Positions 1-11,510 are shown, counted from the whole stretch's first letter. The stretch: 63,150 nucleotides of DNA, filler included, from Globobulimina sp. (GCA_003354225.1; 44 parts of 44 records of this genome joined end to end with filler, not necessarily neighbours in it), one strand, 5' to 3'. The notes: generated from the sequence alone by a model not told the origin. Made by a program: numbers and translations.

Positions 1-183
1 TTATTTGTTGAGCATGAGTCTCATGACTTTGACATTGACAAAAAAGTATTACATGGTGACGGTGTTATTATTGGTACAGGTACTGTTTATGGTGCACCAA
101 TAGCTATCTATGCTCAGGACTTTACAGTTGCCGGAGGTTCTCTTGGATTAAAACATGCTCGTAAAATTACAAAGATAATGGAT
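1..183 (+). CDS. Bacterial-type acyl-CoA carboxylase carboxyltransferase (beta) subunit, internal fragment
   Basis: Frame 1 reads LFVEHESHDFDIDKKVLHGDGVIIGTGTVYGAPIAIYAQDFTVAGGSLGLKHARKITKIMD, with the GDGV and QDFTV.GGSLG motifs. It is not in the ORF track and ends abruptly at a probable chimeric junction. Confidence 0.85.
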
Positions 184-999
184 TGGAGCATGTAAGCTAT
201 CAAAGTGCCGAGGTTTAGAACTAAACATATTGTAATTACGCAGATAATGTCCATTATATACAACAACAAAATAAAATATCGCATAAATGTAAATGAGCCG
301 AATTTATGTCGATTATTTATCCAAAATTGCAATGGATTTGTTAGCGTAGATTCCATTTTAATGATATCTTTGGCGGAGGTCGTTGTGAGTGCACTTTGTA
401 AAAATGAACCATTGCTAACAGCATCGAGTTGGGATAAATTTACATCATCAAAGGATGGCTGCGGTTGCGTTGATTTTGGGGTCGACACAAATGGTGATAC
501 ACTTTGTCTATTTTTTGTTGCGCCATTCGAATTGTTGATTAATTCTAACTTTTTTTCAAGTTGTAAGTGAATCCGCCGCTCTTTAAATATCGCATCTGTA
601 TATTTATGAGCATAGTAAAATAGCCATAATCTGAGAGCAGTGCCAATTAATGGAATAATACTTAATATAATCACTAAAATATGAACAATGGCGTCGATGG
701 TTTGATTTATTGACCACAGTTTTAAACATAATAAAATGGGATGAATACCTGTGAAAAATAGATGTTTTTGTTTTTGTTTTGTAAAAAATAGATTCCATTT
801 AACTGATAATAGTCAGCAATGAAAATGCACAGATTAGTGATATGTGCAATTGACGAGATTTCATATAGGTTTCATCTCGAATGGACCAGGCTGATCTCAT
901 AAAACGTAATGATGAGGGCAATAATATGAGATAATTTACAAGAAGTATAATGATTGTGACCGGTGTTAGCCACATTGGATTTACAACTGACTTTGACAT
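184..999 (-). CDS. Eukaryotic multi-pass (7TM-like) membrane protein, partial, one intron (749-803)
   Basis: Removing the 55-bp GTTAAA...CACAG intron joins ORFs 799..1104 and 114..674 in frame (TIIS|IHPILL). It has several hydrophobic helices and resembles ORF 22070 in layout. Confidence 0.65.
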
Positions 1000-1339
1000 G
1001 TTACGACTTACGAAAGGGTTTTCACTATTAAAAGATTTTTCACTAAATTCAAATCCATTGAAATTAAGGAACAATGAACCATGCTGCCAGGAAAAGACGG
1101 TCACAATTATTAGTGAGTGGATACGTTAGAAAATATAGGGCCAATACATCCATACAGATATTATTAGTATCATTCATGCGTTCCATTATTATATTTTATT
1201 GCTATTATATTCTATTGGTAGCAACGGAAATGGACAGCAAGGAAACGGAGGAAACGAAGATAGTAAAAAAATAACAAAAATAAAAACATTTGATAAAAAA
1301 ATAAAAAATATTCTTACTTGTTCTAAAGCAGTAAGCAGT

Positions 1340-1439
1340 NNNNNNNNNNNNNNNNNNNNNNNNNNNNNNNNNNNNNNNNNNNNTTAATTAATTAANNNNN
1401 NNNNNNNNNNNNNNNNNNNNNNNNNNNNNNNNNNNNNNN
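1340..1439. other. Artificial 100-bp contig spacer (N44-TTAATTAATTAA-N44); first of 43 copies, spaced about every 1436-1439 bp
   Basis: An identical spacer with stops in all six frames recurs throughout, and contig lengths fall from 1339 to 1336 bp (size-sorted concatenation). Confidence 0.99.
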
Positions 1440-1679
1440 TGCTTTTTTTTGTAAAATAACACATAAATTTCACGAAAAGTATTTGTCACGAAAAGAATAT
1501 CTCCTAATTTTTTCTTCAAAACACTAAGAAATCAATTAAAGATTTCACCTAATACACAAGCAAGAAACACTAATAAATAGTATAACAAAACAAGGATACA
1601 GGCCCTTTTATTTGGGGATGAAGCCAATGAACAAAGGTAAATAAAAATATTTGGAACTAATACAAAGTATATAGTTTCC

Positions 1680-2778
1680 TTAATCCGAAATGATCGGAGA
1701 TATATTCATCAGGTCCACTTGGTATAGGTAATTGAATCTTTTTGTTTCTCTCGTGAAACGAAGAAGGTTTTTCCAAATTTCTACTTGAGTCTTTATATCT
1801 AGCTCCTCGTCAATGTCTGGAGGCCGACGGATCGTATAAGGATAGAATAGTTCATTAATGCTGAATCTAGTTCCATTCTTGAATCCATTCCAGATATCAT
1901 GGAATGCGTTTATCATTCGTTTTCTTTGGTGGATATAGGCCGGGCACTTTATAAAGAAATGGAATATCGATTCCTCAGCATTTAGATTACATTGGTTGCA
2001 ATTTGGGGACGTTACATCAGTTTTATCTGTATTTTTATATTTATGTTTAAATAAGAATTGGTTTATTTCAATATGTCCCGAGATGAATCTATTGTCCATT
2101 AATATATTGAAGGAGCGGTAGATTGTCTATGTAGATTTGGTAATGTATTTGGGAGTTATTGGGGGAATTTATTATATAGTTTAATATCATATGAACTGCT
2201 TCAATCTCAGCAGTTGTTATTGTAACAGGGATTTTAAAATAATAAACTTCTTTGTATGGCGAAAGATGAGAGGGTTGGGGTGGAATATATATCGCAGCTC
2301 CTCCTTTTCCAGGGTTCGGGTCGCAGGAACCATCCGTGAATGCTATGGTAATGTTGGTATTTGATGGCGTCGTTGGCTCAGTCGGTGCTAGGTTTATATC
2401 AAAGTTTGTTGGTAATTTTTTGAGGTTATATGCTGGCGAAGAGGTTATCTGTGTTTTAATCATATTATTTTGATTCTGTGTAAGTGCCTTTATGTCATTA
2501 TTATTATGACAATAATCTATGGCGATCATTAGGGAGTTTTTATTGAGGTTCGTAAATGTGTTTGATCTGTTTTTATTTTTATTTTTTCTACGATAATTGT
2601 GTGATTTTATGGTTTGTTTATATTTAATTAGCGCATTATATGTTTTATTCAATGGATGGTAGCTGTCGTTATAGTAAGCTCTGGCTAGTTGTCTCATGGT
2701 TAGGTAGTGGGCTCTATTCGTTATTGGTTCAATTTTTAGGCAGAATTGGAGGATATCCATTGGCGAGTCTAATCTGCA
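1680..2778 (-). mobile_element. Non-LTR retrotransposon 3' part: RNase H plus C-terminal zinc knuckle, internally disrupted
   Basis: RNase H motifs FTDGSCDPNPGKGGAA, TTAEIEAV and YIDN; then, in another frame, RFISGH..NQFL...SPNCNQC..EESIFHFFIKCPAY (CCHC-type). The RNase H C-terminal half is missing at about 2095. Confidence 0.85.
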
Positions 2779-2878
2779 NNNNNNNNNNNNNNNNNNNNNN
2801 NNNNNNNNNNNNNNNNNNNNNNTTAATTAATTAANNNNNNNNNNNNNNNNNNNNNNNNNNNNNNNNNNNNNNNNNNNN

Positions 2879-4206
2879 TAACAATTATAAATGTGTTTAT
2901 CGCATTTGCAATTATTAGTATTTACATTTAACACAATTTGTTCATGAATATCATCTGTTGTATCGGTGCAATTTGCCACTAATTGATAATTCCAATCAGT
3001 TTGAAGGTCAAAGTCATTCACATCGTATGACATTTGAACTCCTTCTGATGGCCATACAGCTTCGTCTGAGAGAACCAATGAAAATGTAATTGCCACTAAA
3101 TCAGTAATCATATAATATATAAATATTGAATTGTATTTAATGTATTTAGAGAAAGTTGAGGAACCATCATAGTCAAAAGCATGAACACCAAGCAATACAT
3201 TAACATCATACCAAACTGGTCGTAGTCGTTTATAATAAGACATATATTCAGATTTCGGATTATCTATATTCACTGTGTTTGCTTCAAATCTCTCTGTTTC
3301 TAGGTCAAATATTTGCGTTTGCAATGATGATATACCACATCCGCTCATATATACTTTATCATTGCCTGCGGTTACACTGATTGCCAAAGCATCGCAAATC
3401 GATGGTTTCTCCAATTGTGTGACAACGTGTGTTTTTGTGTCGAATTTGTAGATAGGATTGGCGATATCCGATATATCACCGAATGTGTAAATATATCTGT
3501 AATCATTGGTTATTGCGCATGCTTCTGGCACCATATTAGCGAAATTGACTGTATTCCAGTCATAATTATTAATGTCAAAAATTATAATGAATTGCGGACG
3601 AAATATATAAACACTTTTATCATCCACTACCATGCAGAATTCACCTCTTTGCCAGAAATTCCACCAATTATCACCCCAATCAGACCAATAATATTCCGAA
3701 GGCACATCATGTAAAGTTATCTGCAGTGTGTCCAAATCAATGTGCATCAACACATAGGAGTAGTCACTGTATTTTTCACGTAGTAGATACAAAGATGATT
3801 GATACTGTGCAAATTTTTGTGAAATCATATATTCGCCACCAATGCCATCAGCATCATATAATAGTTGTTTCCATTCGAATGTATTTGCAAACAAATCAAT
3901 TTTAGTATAAACAACAGAGGAATGACCCAATAAAAATAAGGTTCCGTTCCACAAAGCAATGGGTGGCTGCCATACATCTTGCATTTCGTGAGGGGCAATC
4001 GATGAAACCCTAGAACTTGAGGTGTTGCAACAATCCATCTGGATCCAGCAATGCGCGCTTTCTGAGCAGTTTGCCACTGTATGTCTTCCATCAGCATTGT
4101 TAGAAAGTGCCATGGAGAAATCGTTAAATTGAGTTGTAAAGGCTGTGAAACATATGCTAACGGACTCTATTGTTCCGCTATAATTAGAATTCATGACAAT
4201 ATACAA
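2879..4206 (-). CDS. Hypothetical protein with Kelch/beta-propeller-like repeats, partial
   Basis: Long ORF with repeated beta-rich units (YIYTFG, IYKFDTKT, QIFDLETE). Confidence 0.5.
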
Positions 4207-4317
4207 AGAGGCACCAANNNNNNNNNNNNNNNNNNNNNNNNNNNNNNNNNNNNNNNNNNNNTTAATTAATTAANNNNNNNNNNNNNNNNNNNNNNNNNNN
4301 NNNNNNNNNNNNNNNNN

Positions 4318-4886
4318 GGCAAGGCGGTGACTTCAGTTTTTAGCGCAGATAAAGATTTGTTGCAATTTAATTTATCATTGGATAGGATGTCATCATAATG
4401 GTTTTTATAATGATATTTTAAATAAGTTTTAAAGTTATTTTCCGTTTCTGTCTTGCGCGCATTGAATGGTTTCAGGCCACGTTGAGAGAGCGTAAAACGT
4501 AGAATGATATCGGATGGGAAGAATTTTAATTTATAGATTTCATTTTGATACTTTGTTTTTAAATATTCATGCAATATACGGTCTTCTTGGTCGTATTGTT
4601 GCTGTCCCCAAGACTCTGCGGGTGGCACTATGGTCACTGTCGGGAATTTGTAATCTGATAATTTTAATTTTGGTAAACGTGGCTTTTCTTTTTTCTTTTT
4701 TTTTAGAAGGTTTTTTTTCTTTTTTGTATGTAAATCGTTATCATTGCTAATGCTGTTTTGTTTCGTCCCGGTGAAATGTTGGAGCGTGTCGTTTTTTTTC
4801 ACTTTTTTTTTGAATTTTTTTAGTCCATTTTTGAATTTAAACTTTGATTTCTTTTTGCCTACGTTATTTGTGGACGGCGTTGCCAT
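4318..4886 (-). CDS. Hypothetical protein with Lys-rich N-terminus, possibly a CRAL-TRIO/Sec14 N-domain, partial
   Basis: DIILRF motif after a basic region; weak family signal. Confidence 0.35.
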
Positions 4887-4942
4887 TTAATCACAGCTAG
4901 TGAAAAATCTCTAAGATTAAAAACTTCCTAAATAAACATTTT

Positions 4943-5656
4943 TTAACTGTTTTTAAGATAAAAACTTAAACCAGCAGTAATAACACTGATTATCAAAGAC
5001 AAAGTAATGCGTACAAATGCTTGATTCATTGCAATCCCAGCAATCTTCGGACTTAATCCATTCATTTCCATTTTCTTCATCAAATCATCCATTAATTTAA
5101 CACATTGTTTCAAACGAACAACATCCATTCCATCAATATCCTGTTTGTTACCAATTGTGAATATAGTTTCTTGTATTAATATTTTTTGATTTATTAACGC
5201 TGTTTTTTGTTTTTTCTCCAATTTTGAAAATTTAAAAGATATCATCAACAGTTCAATCCAAACAAGAAAGACAGTGAAACATCCAATGCTGCTCACCAAT
5301 AAATTATCATTTAATATCTCCCTTTTTCCAGCTTGAAAAAAAATAAAATTATAAATAATCACAGCAACTGATGTTACAATGGCTGCTATGATAGAATAGA
5401 AAATATATTCATAGCGAATAAAATATTTATTGGCTTCTGTGTAGAGCATAAACCAATTATTAAACCAAATATTTACATTATCGCCTTCACTCAATCTAAT
5501 AACATCCACGCAATGCGGAGCTTCTTTGACCAAAAAATCCATTTTTTCCCTTCTTTTCCTTGTATTCAACAGAGATAAATAATGAGAACGTTTCACTTTG
5601 GTTCTAACTTTTTTATCCATTGCATCCAAATATAACAATTGCTCAAACTGTCTCAT
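4943..5656 (-). CDS. Multi-pass membrane protein C-terminus, PHTF/7TMIC-like
   Basis: RLSEGDNVNIWF, two TM helices, a long helical loop and a terminal PKIAGIAMNQAFVRITLSLIISVITAG resemble the PHTF C-terminal layout. Confidence 0.5.
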   Translation of the reverse strand: MRQFEQLLYLDAMDKKVRTKVKRSHYLSLLNTRKRREKMDFLVKEAPHCVDVIRLSEGDNVNIWFNNWFMLYTEANKYFIRYEYIFYSIIAAIVTSVAVIIYNFIFFQAGKREILNDNLLVSSIGCFTVFLVWIELLMISFKFSKLEKKQKTALINQKILIQETIFTIGNKQDIDGMDVVRLKQCVKLMDDLMKKMEMNGLSPKIAGIAMNQAFVRITLSLIISVITAGLSFYLKNS

Positions 5657-5756
5657 NNNNNNNNNNNNNNNNNNNNNNNNNNNNNNNNNNNNNNNNNNNN
5701 TTAATTAATTAANNNNNNNNNNNNNNNNNNNNNNNNNNNNNNNNNNNNNNNNNNNN

Positions 5757-5960
5757 GGTGATGTGATTACACTGAAAGAGAAAAGCAGAAAAAATGAATT
5801 GATTGTTGATAACCTTGAGGGTGTAGCCCGCCGAGGTTTCCCCGTATGGCTCGAGCTTGATGCGACAAATTTTCAGGCAACTGTTAAAGCGCTTCCAACT
5901 CGTGATGAAATAACGACACCCGTTCAGGAACAGCTGATCGTTGAGCTGTACTCTAAGTAA
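5757..5960 (+). CDS. rpsD: Bacterial 30S ribosomal protein S4, C-terminal fragment
   Basis: GDVITLKEKSRK...WLELD...LPTRDEI..VQEQLIVELYSK* is the canonical S4 C-terminus, directly followed by rpoA. Confidence 0.93.
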   Translation, partial: GDVITLKEKSRKNELIVDNLEGVARRGFPVWLELDATNFQATVKALPTRDEITTPVQEQLIVELYSK

Positions 5961-5981
5961 TTCTAAGTAATCAGGTAGAGC

Positions 5982-6101
5982 ATGACACAGGAAATTCGGG
6001 AGGAAATCCCCTTTTACAAAAACTGGCATGAACTCATTCAGCCCGAACGGCTGGAAGTTAATAAACAAACTCGCACTGACCAATATGGCAAGTTTGTATG
6101 C
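5982..6101 (+). CDS. rpoA: Bacterial RNA polymerase alpha subunit, N-terminal 40 aa, truncated by a junction
   Basis: MTQEIREEIPFYKNWHELIQPERLEVNKQTRTDQYGKFVC; rpsD-rpoA gene order. Not in the ORF track. Confidence 0.85.
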
Positions 6102-6294
6102 CATACAGGCCTTAGGTTATAACGTAGCTTACCCAATATTTCAATCATCATTAATCATTGCTAATTTATGGGGCATATTTGTATGGAAAGAATTTAAGGA
6201 TGAAAAAGTCATTGCAGCCATATTGACATTTTCTTTTGTGGTTTTGATTGGATGTGCTGCTCTCACTATTGGTGTAAATGGGGTGTCATTATGA
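6095..6294 (+). CDS. DMT-superfamily (TMEM144/sugar transporter-like) membrane protein C-terminus
   Basis: YAIQALGYNVAYPI..SLIIANLWGIFVWKEFK motif. The N-terminal part of ORF 6028 is an artefact of the fusion. Confidence 0.65.
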
Positions 6295-6334
6295 ATTCAC
6301 TTTTCTTTACAACGTTTTTTGTGATTGCACAACC

Positions 6335-7095
6335 ATGGCACTCCCTGTTCATATTTTCAAAGATCTAAATCTTCAACGTGAGTTCCAATGTCTTATATGC
6401 ATGTATTGTATATCACAATGTTATTCTACACAATGTGGTCATTTATTCTGCAGTCAATGCATAATGGGTGTCTTATCTCCATCGTCTGATTCAGCAGCAG
6501 ATGAAGAAAATGCACATCTATCAATTGGGCAATGTCCGGTCTGCAAACGCATATTGCAGGTCGGTGATATATTCCCCGCACCCTATGTGGACCAAAAAAT
6601 CAAGCAGCAAATCATAAGATGTTTATATTTCCATAAAGGGTGTGTTTGGACGGGTTCCCTCTCTGATTTAAAACGCAAAGATGGCCATTTAAAACACTGT
6701 GGCTATGCGCTATATACTTGTAAATATTGCAAAGAGAAAATTGTCCGAAACCAAATGGTTCGACATCAAAATGAAGAATGCAAATCTCAATACATGCTCT
6801 GTCCATATTATATCTATGGCTGTTCGCTTGAATGCCGCATCCGTGAAATGGAGAAACACTGCAAAGTAAACGAATTAAAACATATGAAGTTAAAATTAGA
6901 TTATTTAGAGAATCAATTATTTGTTCCGGAGATCGTTCGCGTAAAAGGAATGAGTGGTTATCACAATCAATATATCGAAGCAAATGGTAAATATTATTTA
7001 AATAACAAACAAAAAACACAAAAACAATATAACGAGTTGCTACCACCAATAACGTATAAAAAAAATGGTGGATATTCGTTGGAATTTAATCAAAA
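6335..7095 (+). CDS. TRAF-type RING finger protein (C3HC4 RING plus TRAF zinc fingers), partial
   Basis: CLIC..CGHLFCSQC..CPVC RING; C.YFHKGCVWTG.L..HLKHC, CKYC..HQNEEC and CPYYIYGC..H fingers. Confidence 0.9.
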
Positions 7096-7371
7096 NNNNN
7101 NNNNNNNNNNNNNNNNNNNNNNNNNNNNNNNNNNNNNNNTTAATTAATTAANNNNNNNNNNNNNNNNNNNNNNNNNNNNNNNNNNNNNNNNNNNNCAATG
7201 ATCCATTACAAATATTTTAAATTGGTCAAGGGTGTAACCATAAAACTATGCGAGTCCAATGCTGGCAAGAATTTAGTGCCCTTTTCATCTGTTTTGGCCT
7301 GAAAGTTAAATCAAACATAAAATTATGAATAATTGTGTGCTGTGCATGCACGTGTTATGTGGACTACTTTT

Positions 7372-8295
7372 TTAGCCGTACTTAACTGGATAGATACGTT
7401 TGATCCAATCGATGGGGTTTTGTAATTTGGAGGTTGAGTCTTTGACAATTTGTATCAACAAAGTCAGTGCTTTCATGCAATGTACATTGTTGGAGAAATC
7501 ATTTTGATTCATAAATAATTCAAATAAGAATTTGCCGGATTGTTCAATGCTGTGGTTGTTGTTTGAGGATTGTCGCATCCTTTTATGTAACTGCTGTCTG
7601 TATGCTTTGTGTCTTTGTCTGACAGAGGAAATGCGTGGAATTAAAAGACTTTCGTATAAATGGAAGGCGACAGATTCGTTCTCTTTGTAGACACAATGCT
7701 GTAGCATACGCACAATGTATTGCGTTTGTATCAAGCTCTTATATTTGGAGTGCATCATCCACTGCAATACTTGCAATTTGATATCGGTGGTGTTGCTGCT
7801 GTTGCTGTTGTCATTTTTATTGTCATTTTCTAGGTTACTTTTATTAAGATTTCGATATCCGAAATTTGGAGGTATGGTATCACAAATTAATTCCGTGAAC
7901 AATGGGGATAACCCCTTTTCCCATTCCTTTAATAACTGGTCGTTTGGGGATGAAAATAGTGTTTTTATGGTGTCAATTATTTTAGAAAATGGTTTTAAAT
8001 ACGAATTGTGATCAAAATTGGCTTGGTTTTTGCATGATTTGTAGGATTGGATAAATTTTGATAATTTACCAACCACTTCTTTGTAGGATGGAGTGGCTGT
8101 TGGTGGCGTGTGTTGTTGTTGTTGTTGTTGTTGTTGTGTTAGTGGTGGACGATGAGACGTGTTGTAAGTGGATGGTAAGGTTGAACGTTGTTGATTGTAA
8201 TGAGATGACACATGAGTCCGATTTGTGTTAGATATGATTGGGATTTGCGGGATATTATTATGGGTGTTGTTTGAGTGATTATTTTGTTGCGACAT
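7372..8295 (-). CDS. Hypothetical protein with a Gln/Asn/His low-complexity N-terminus and a polyQ tract
   Basis: ORF of about 300 aa; (CAA)n tract at about 8111-8136. Confidence 0.55.
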   Translation of the reverse strand: MSQQNNHSNNTHNNIPQIPIISNTNRTHVSSHYNQQRSTLPSTYNTSHRPPLTQQQQQQQQHTPPTATPSYKEVVGKLSKFIQSYKSCKNQANFDHNSYLKPFSKIIDTIKTLFSSPNDQLLKEWEKGLSPLFTELICDTIPPNFGYRNLNKSNLENDNKNDNSNSSNTTDIKLQVLQWMMHSKYKSLIQTQYIVRMLQHCVYKENESVAFHLYESLLIPRISSVRQRHKAYRQQLHKRMRQSSNNNHSIEQSGKFLFELFMNQNDFSNNVHCMKALTLLIQIVKDSTSKLQNPIDWIKRIYPVKYG

Positions 8296-8634
8296 TATTT
8301 GTCTTTTTGATTGTTTAAGACAAAACAAGATTCACTTGGAATGGCGAAAGGATGATCGATAATTAAGAGTTTTGAACTCTAGTTAAGTTGAATAAACAAT
8401 GCCTTTCTTATATGGGTATCTACAATTTAATCCCGTGTTGACAAAGGGGTTTTGTTGGTCATTCATTACACTCAACGTATCACTTTTTATTGTTTTGTAT
8501 GTGGCGCAAATACATAAGATTAAAACCATTATAANNNNNNNNNNNNNNNNNNNNNNNNNNNNNNNNNNNNNNNNNNNNTTAATTAATTAANNNNNNNNNN
8601 NNNNNNNNNNNNNNNNNNNNNNNNNNNNNNNNNN

Positions 8635-8740
8635 CTTTGTTCAAATGTTCTACGTTCTTGCGGATTAAAATGATCTAATCTTTGGGTAAACCAATATTCT
8701 GAGGCTGGTGGGATATCAACACAAAATAATTCAAATATCT
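8635..8740 (-). CDS. Serine carboxypeptidase S28 family, N-terminal fragment
   Basis: EYWFTQRLDHFNPQERRTFEQ is the S28 N-terminal signature. Confidence 0.8.
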
Positions 8741-9101
8741 GCACGAAATACAATAAATACAACGTTAAAACTGGAGACGTCATTCTCAGCAAAGTTAGTA
8801 TTTTACCAAATGTCAGAGTCAGACACGCAAGGTATTCAGTTTGCAAGCAACATTATTCAGTACTCTTAAATCAAGTCGAAAACGGTCTCAATATAATCCT
8901 TGAATGAAACAAAGCCAAAAACTCTGTTAATGGGAAGGTATATGATCTTCTATATCGTGTGCAACAATTGGAGTACCTCAAAAATGAAATTTCTAGAAAT
9001 TGTCGAAAATATTTTTTAAATTACGAATTTTACCCAACTGCTGTGAGGATATGATCAAAAATACTATATTTACACAGAGATTGATTCTCAGTGCTGTAAT
9101 A

Positions 9102-9972
9102 ATGGGTAATTATGAAAGTCAATCAAAAGAAAATGAAGAGGTCAAACTTACATTGGCTATATCAGCCTCATTCGCTGAACTTGACCTTAATAATAATAAT
9201 AAACAGTCACTTGATAGGACTTTATTTCGTACTCTCGATGGACGGATATTTTATCAAAATGATGGAAAGGAATCAAGCTGGAATAGATCGGTGGTTCATA
9301 ATTATATGCAACAGGAAACAAAAAATGATATTAATATACATTTATTCAAACAAATAGAAATGAATTGTAATCAAACAACAACCAACAATAATAATAATAT
9401 CATCCATAACTGTCAACATTTACAACGACTATCATTTGCCTTAAAATATTATAATAATAAGAACAAATCAGTCAAAGAATGGAGCAATTTTTGTTTACAT
9501 ATGTACGGTGTTAAAGTATTGGATGATTATTATCATTTATTAGCAATACATTCAAATGAATTGGATGAAATTAAAACAGAATTAATAGAAAAATATGAAT
9601 TTGCTAATTGTTTAATAAAAGACTGTAAATTTAGTCATCGACATTTTAATGATAATAAATATAAATCAGATAACGAGAAAGCAATTGCAATTTACCAATC
9701 AAAGGTTTATGGCAATAATGCTTTACTTTTATCACAAAATAACACCTTAAATGTCAATCCAATTGCAATCAAACCATCAATGTCATTGAATTTCTATGAA
9801 CAGGAATATGACTCATTACATTTTAATTTATTCCATTTATTTGAGATTGGATATCGATTTAAAAAAAAAGAAAATGAAAATAATAATAATAATAATAATA
9901 ATGATGAGGATGAGGATGATTATATCGATTGTTTTGATAATGGATTTTCTGAAATGATAACAAAAATCAATT
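9102..9972 (+). CDS. Member of an expanded lineage-specific protein family, partial; paralog of 18266
   Basis: NCQHLQRL.FALKYY..NKSV.EWSNFCL..YGVK.LDDY.HLL is shared nearly identically with ORF 18266. Confidence 0.7.
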
Positions 9973-10309
9973 NNNNNNNNNNNNNNNNNNNNNNNNNNNN
10001 NNNNNNNNNNNNNNNNTTAATTAATTAANNNNNNNNNNNNNNNNNNNNNNNNNNNNNNNNNNNNNNNNNNNNAATAATCTGTAAAAAACTGTAAATTCAA
10101 AGAGTTTACAGTAAAAACAGTAATTTCAAACTGAAAAGCAAAAAGTTAAATGTTACCTTTAACATTTTATTATTAACCTATTTTCCTTCCGGATATTTAA
10201 TAGGAATAACAATTTATTTTTTGTACAGTTGTGACAGTTACAAACACAGTCAATTAAGAAAACAACGACTAACAAAAAATGTTTCAGCTATGATTGCATT
10301 AACAATTAA

Positions 10310-11410
10310 TTATACAGTATCTGAATATCTTGTGAAACATCTATGCATCCAAAATGTTTGCCATCCAGACAGGATACACTCACTATTTGTGATTACAAAC
10401 CATAACCCGTTTTGATCTACGTGTACTTTTATATTTGATGAAATAGCATTTAATTCAGCTACAATGCCCTCTGCATCCAACTCTTGTTCAAATGAGCCAT
10501 CAATATATTGCATATTACAAATAAACACAAAATCATTTACTTTCGACTCCAACCACAGTATTATTCGACCAATATTCAACATCATACTCTTTAAATTAAT
10601 CTGTGAATTGTTTGCTCCAATCACCCTGATTTTAATTCGTTGTCTTTTTAATTTTTTTGTCTCATATAAACCAGCCTCAATTCCATCTAATACGGATATA
10701 TAAGTTTCATTATTTAATACAATTTCAAAATATTGCAATGATTTACATTTAAATATTTGAGGAATTATTGTTTTTAATTCTTGCGGTGATGGAGACGTTA
10801 CATTATTTGTATGCGGATCAACACTAAATTGTGTTATATTTTGTCCGGATTTTAATATTTCATTTATTATTCTAACTGATGGTGTTACCAATATAACTTG
10901 TTGTAATTTGCCAAAATCAATATTACTAAAATCAAATCTTAATGGACGTGGAGTATAGTTCAGTTTTAAAATTTGTAAATTGTTTCCAAAAATATTTATT
11001 AAATTATTATTCAATGATACATATCCTCCAGAAACACATAATCCTTTCAATTTTGGGGATAAATGATATAATTCCTCTAATTTTTCTCTTTTAATCGTCG
11101 ATGTCAAAATAACGGCAAATAATTCAACATATTCAATATTTTTAAAGTGTGTTAATAATCTCCAAAATTTGTCTTTATTATAAAGCCCGCCATTCAATTT
11201 ACCAAATTCAATAAAATGCACACTTTTAATATTTTTAATATTTACACACTTTTGATTCATAAATGGTTCAATATCAAAATCTTTCATTCTATTTCCATAC
11301 AAATATAAATCATCTAATTGATTCAAAATAAATTCACCATTTTGTGGTAATGCGAACTGATGAAATTTACTGAGATTTATTAGAAGTTTCTTTAATGATT
11401 TAAATTGAGA
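10310..11410 (-). CDS. Hypothetical LRR-like (F-box/LRR-type) protein, partial
   Basis: Repeated L..L.L units (LKGLCV, LQILKL, LQQVIL, LQYFEI). Confidence 0.5.
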   Translation of the reverse strand, partial: SQFKSLKKLLINLSKFHQFALPQNGEFILNQLDDLYLYGNRMKDFDIEPFMNQKCVNIKNIKSVHFIEFGKLNGGLYNKDKFWRLLTHFKNIEYVELFAVILTSTIKREKLEELYHLSPKLKGLCVSGGYVSLNNNLINIFGNNLQILKLNYTPRPLRFDFSNIDFGKLQQVILVTPSVRIINEILKSGQNITQFSVDPHTNNVTSPSPQELKTIIPQIFKCKSLQYFEIVLNNETYISVLDGIEAGLYETKKLKRQRIKIRVIGANNSQINLKSMMLNIGRIILWLESKVNDFVFICNMQYIDGSFEQELDAEGIVAELNAISSNIKVHVDQNGLWFVITNSECILSGWQTFWMHRCFTRYSDTV

Positions 11411-11510
11411 NNNNNNNNNNNNNNNNNNNNNNNNNNNNNNNNNNNNNNNNNNNNTTAATTAATTAANNNNNNNNNNNNNNNNNNNNNNNNNNNNNNNNNN
11501 NNNNNNNNNN

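Noticed and set aside
6028-6294. 88-aa ORF as a complete gene
   Set aside because: Its first part is an off-frame reading of rpoA fused to a transporter tail.
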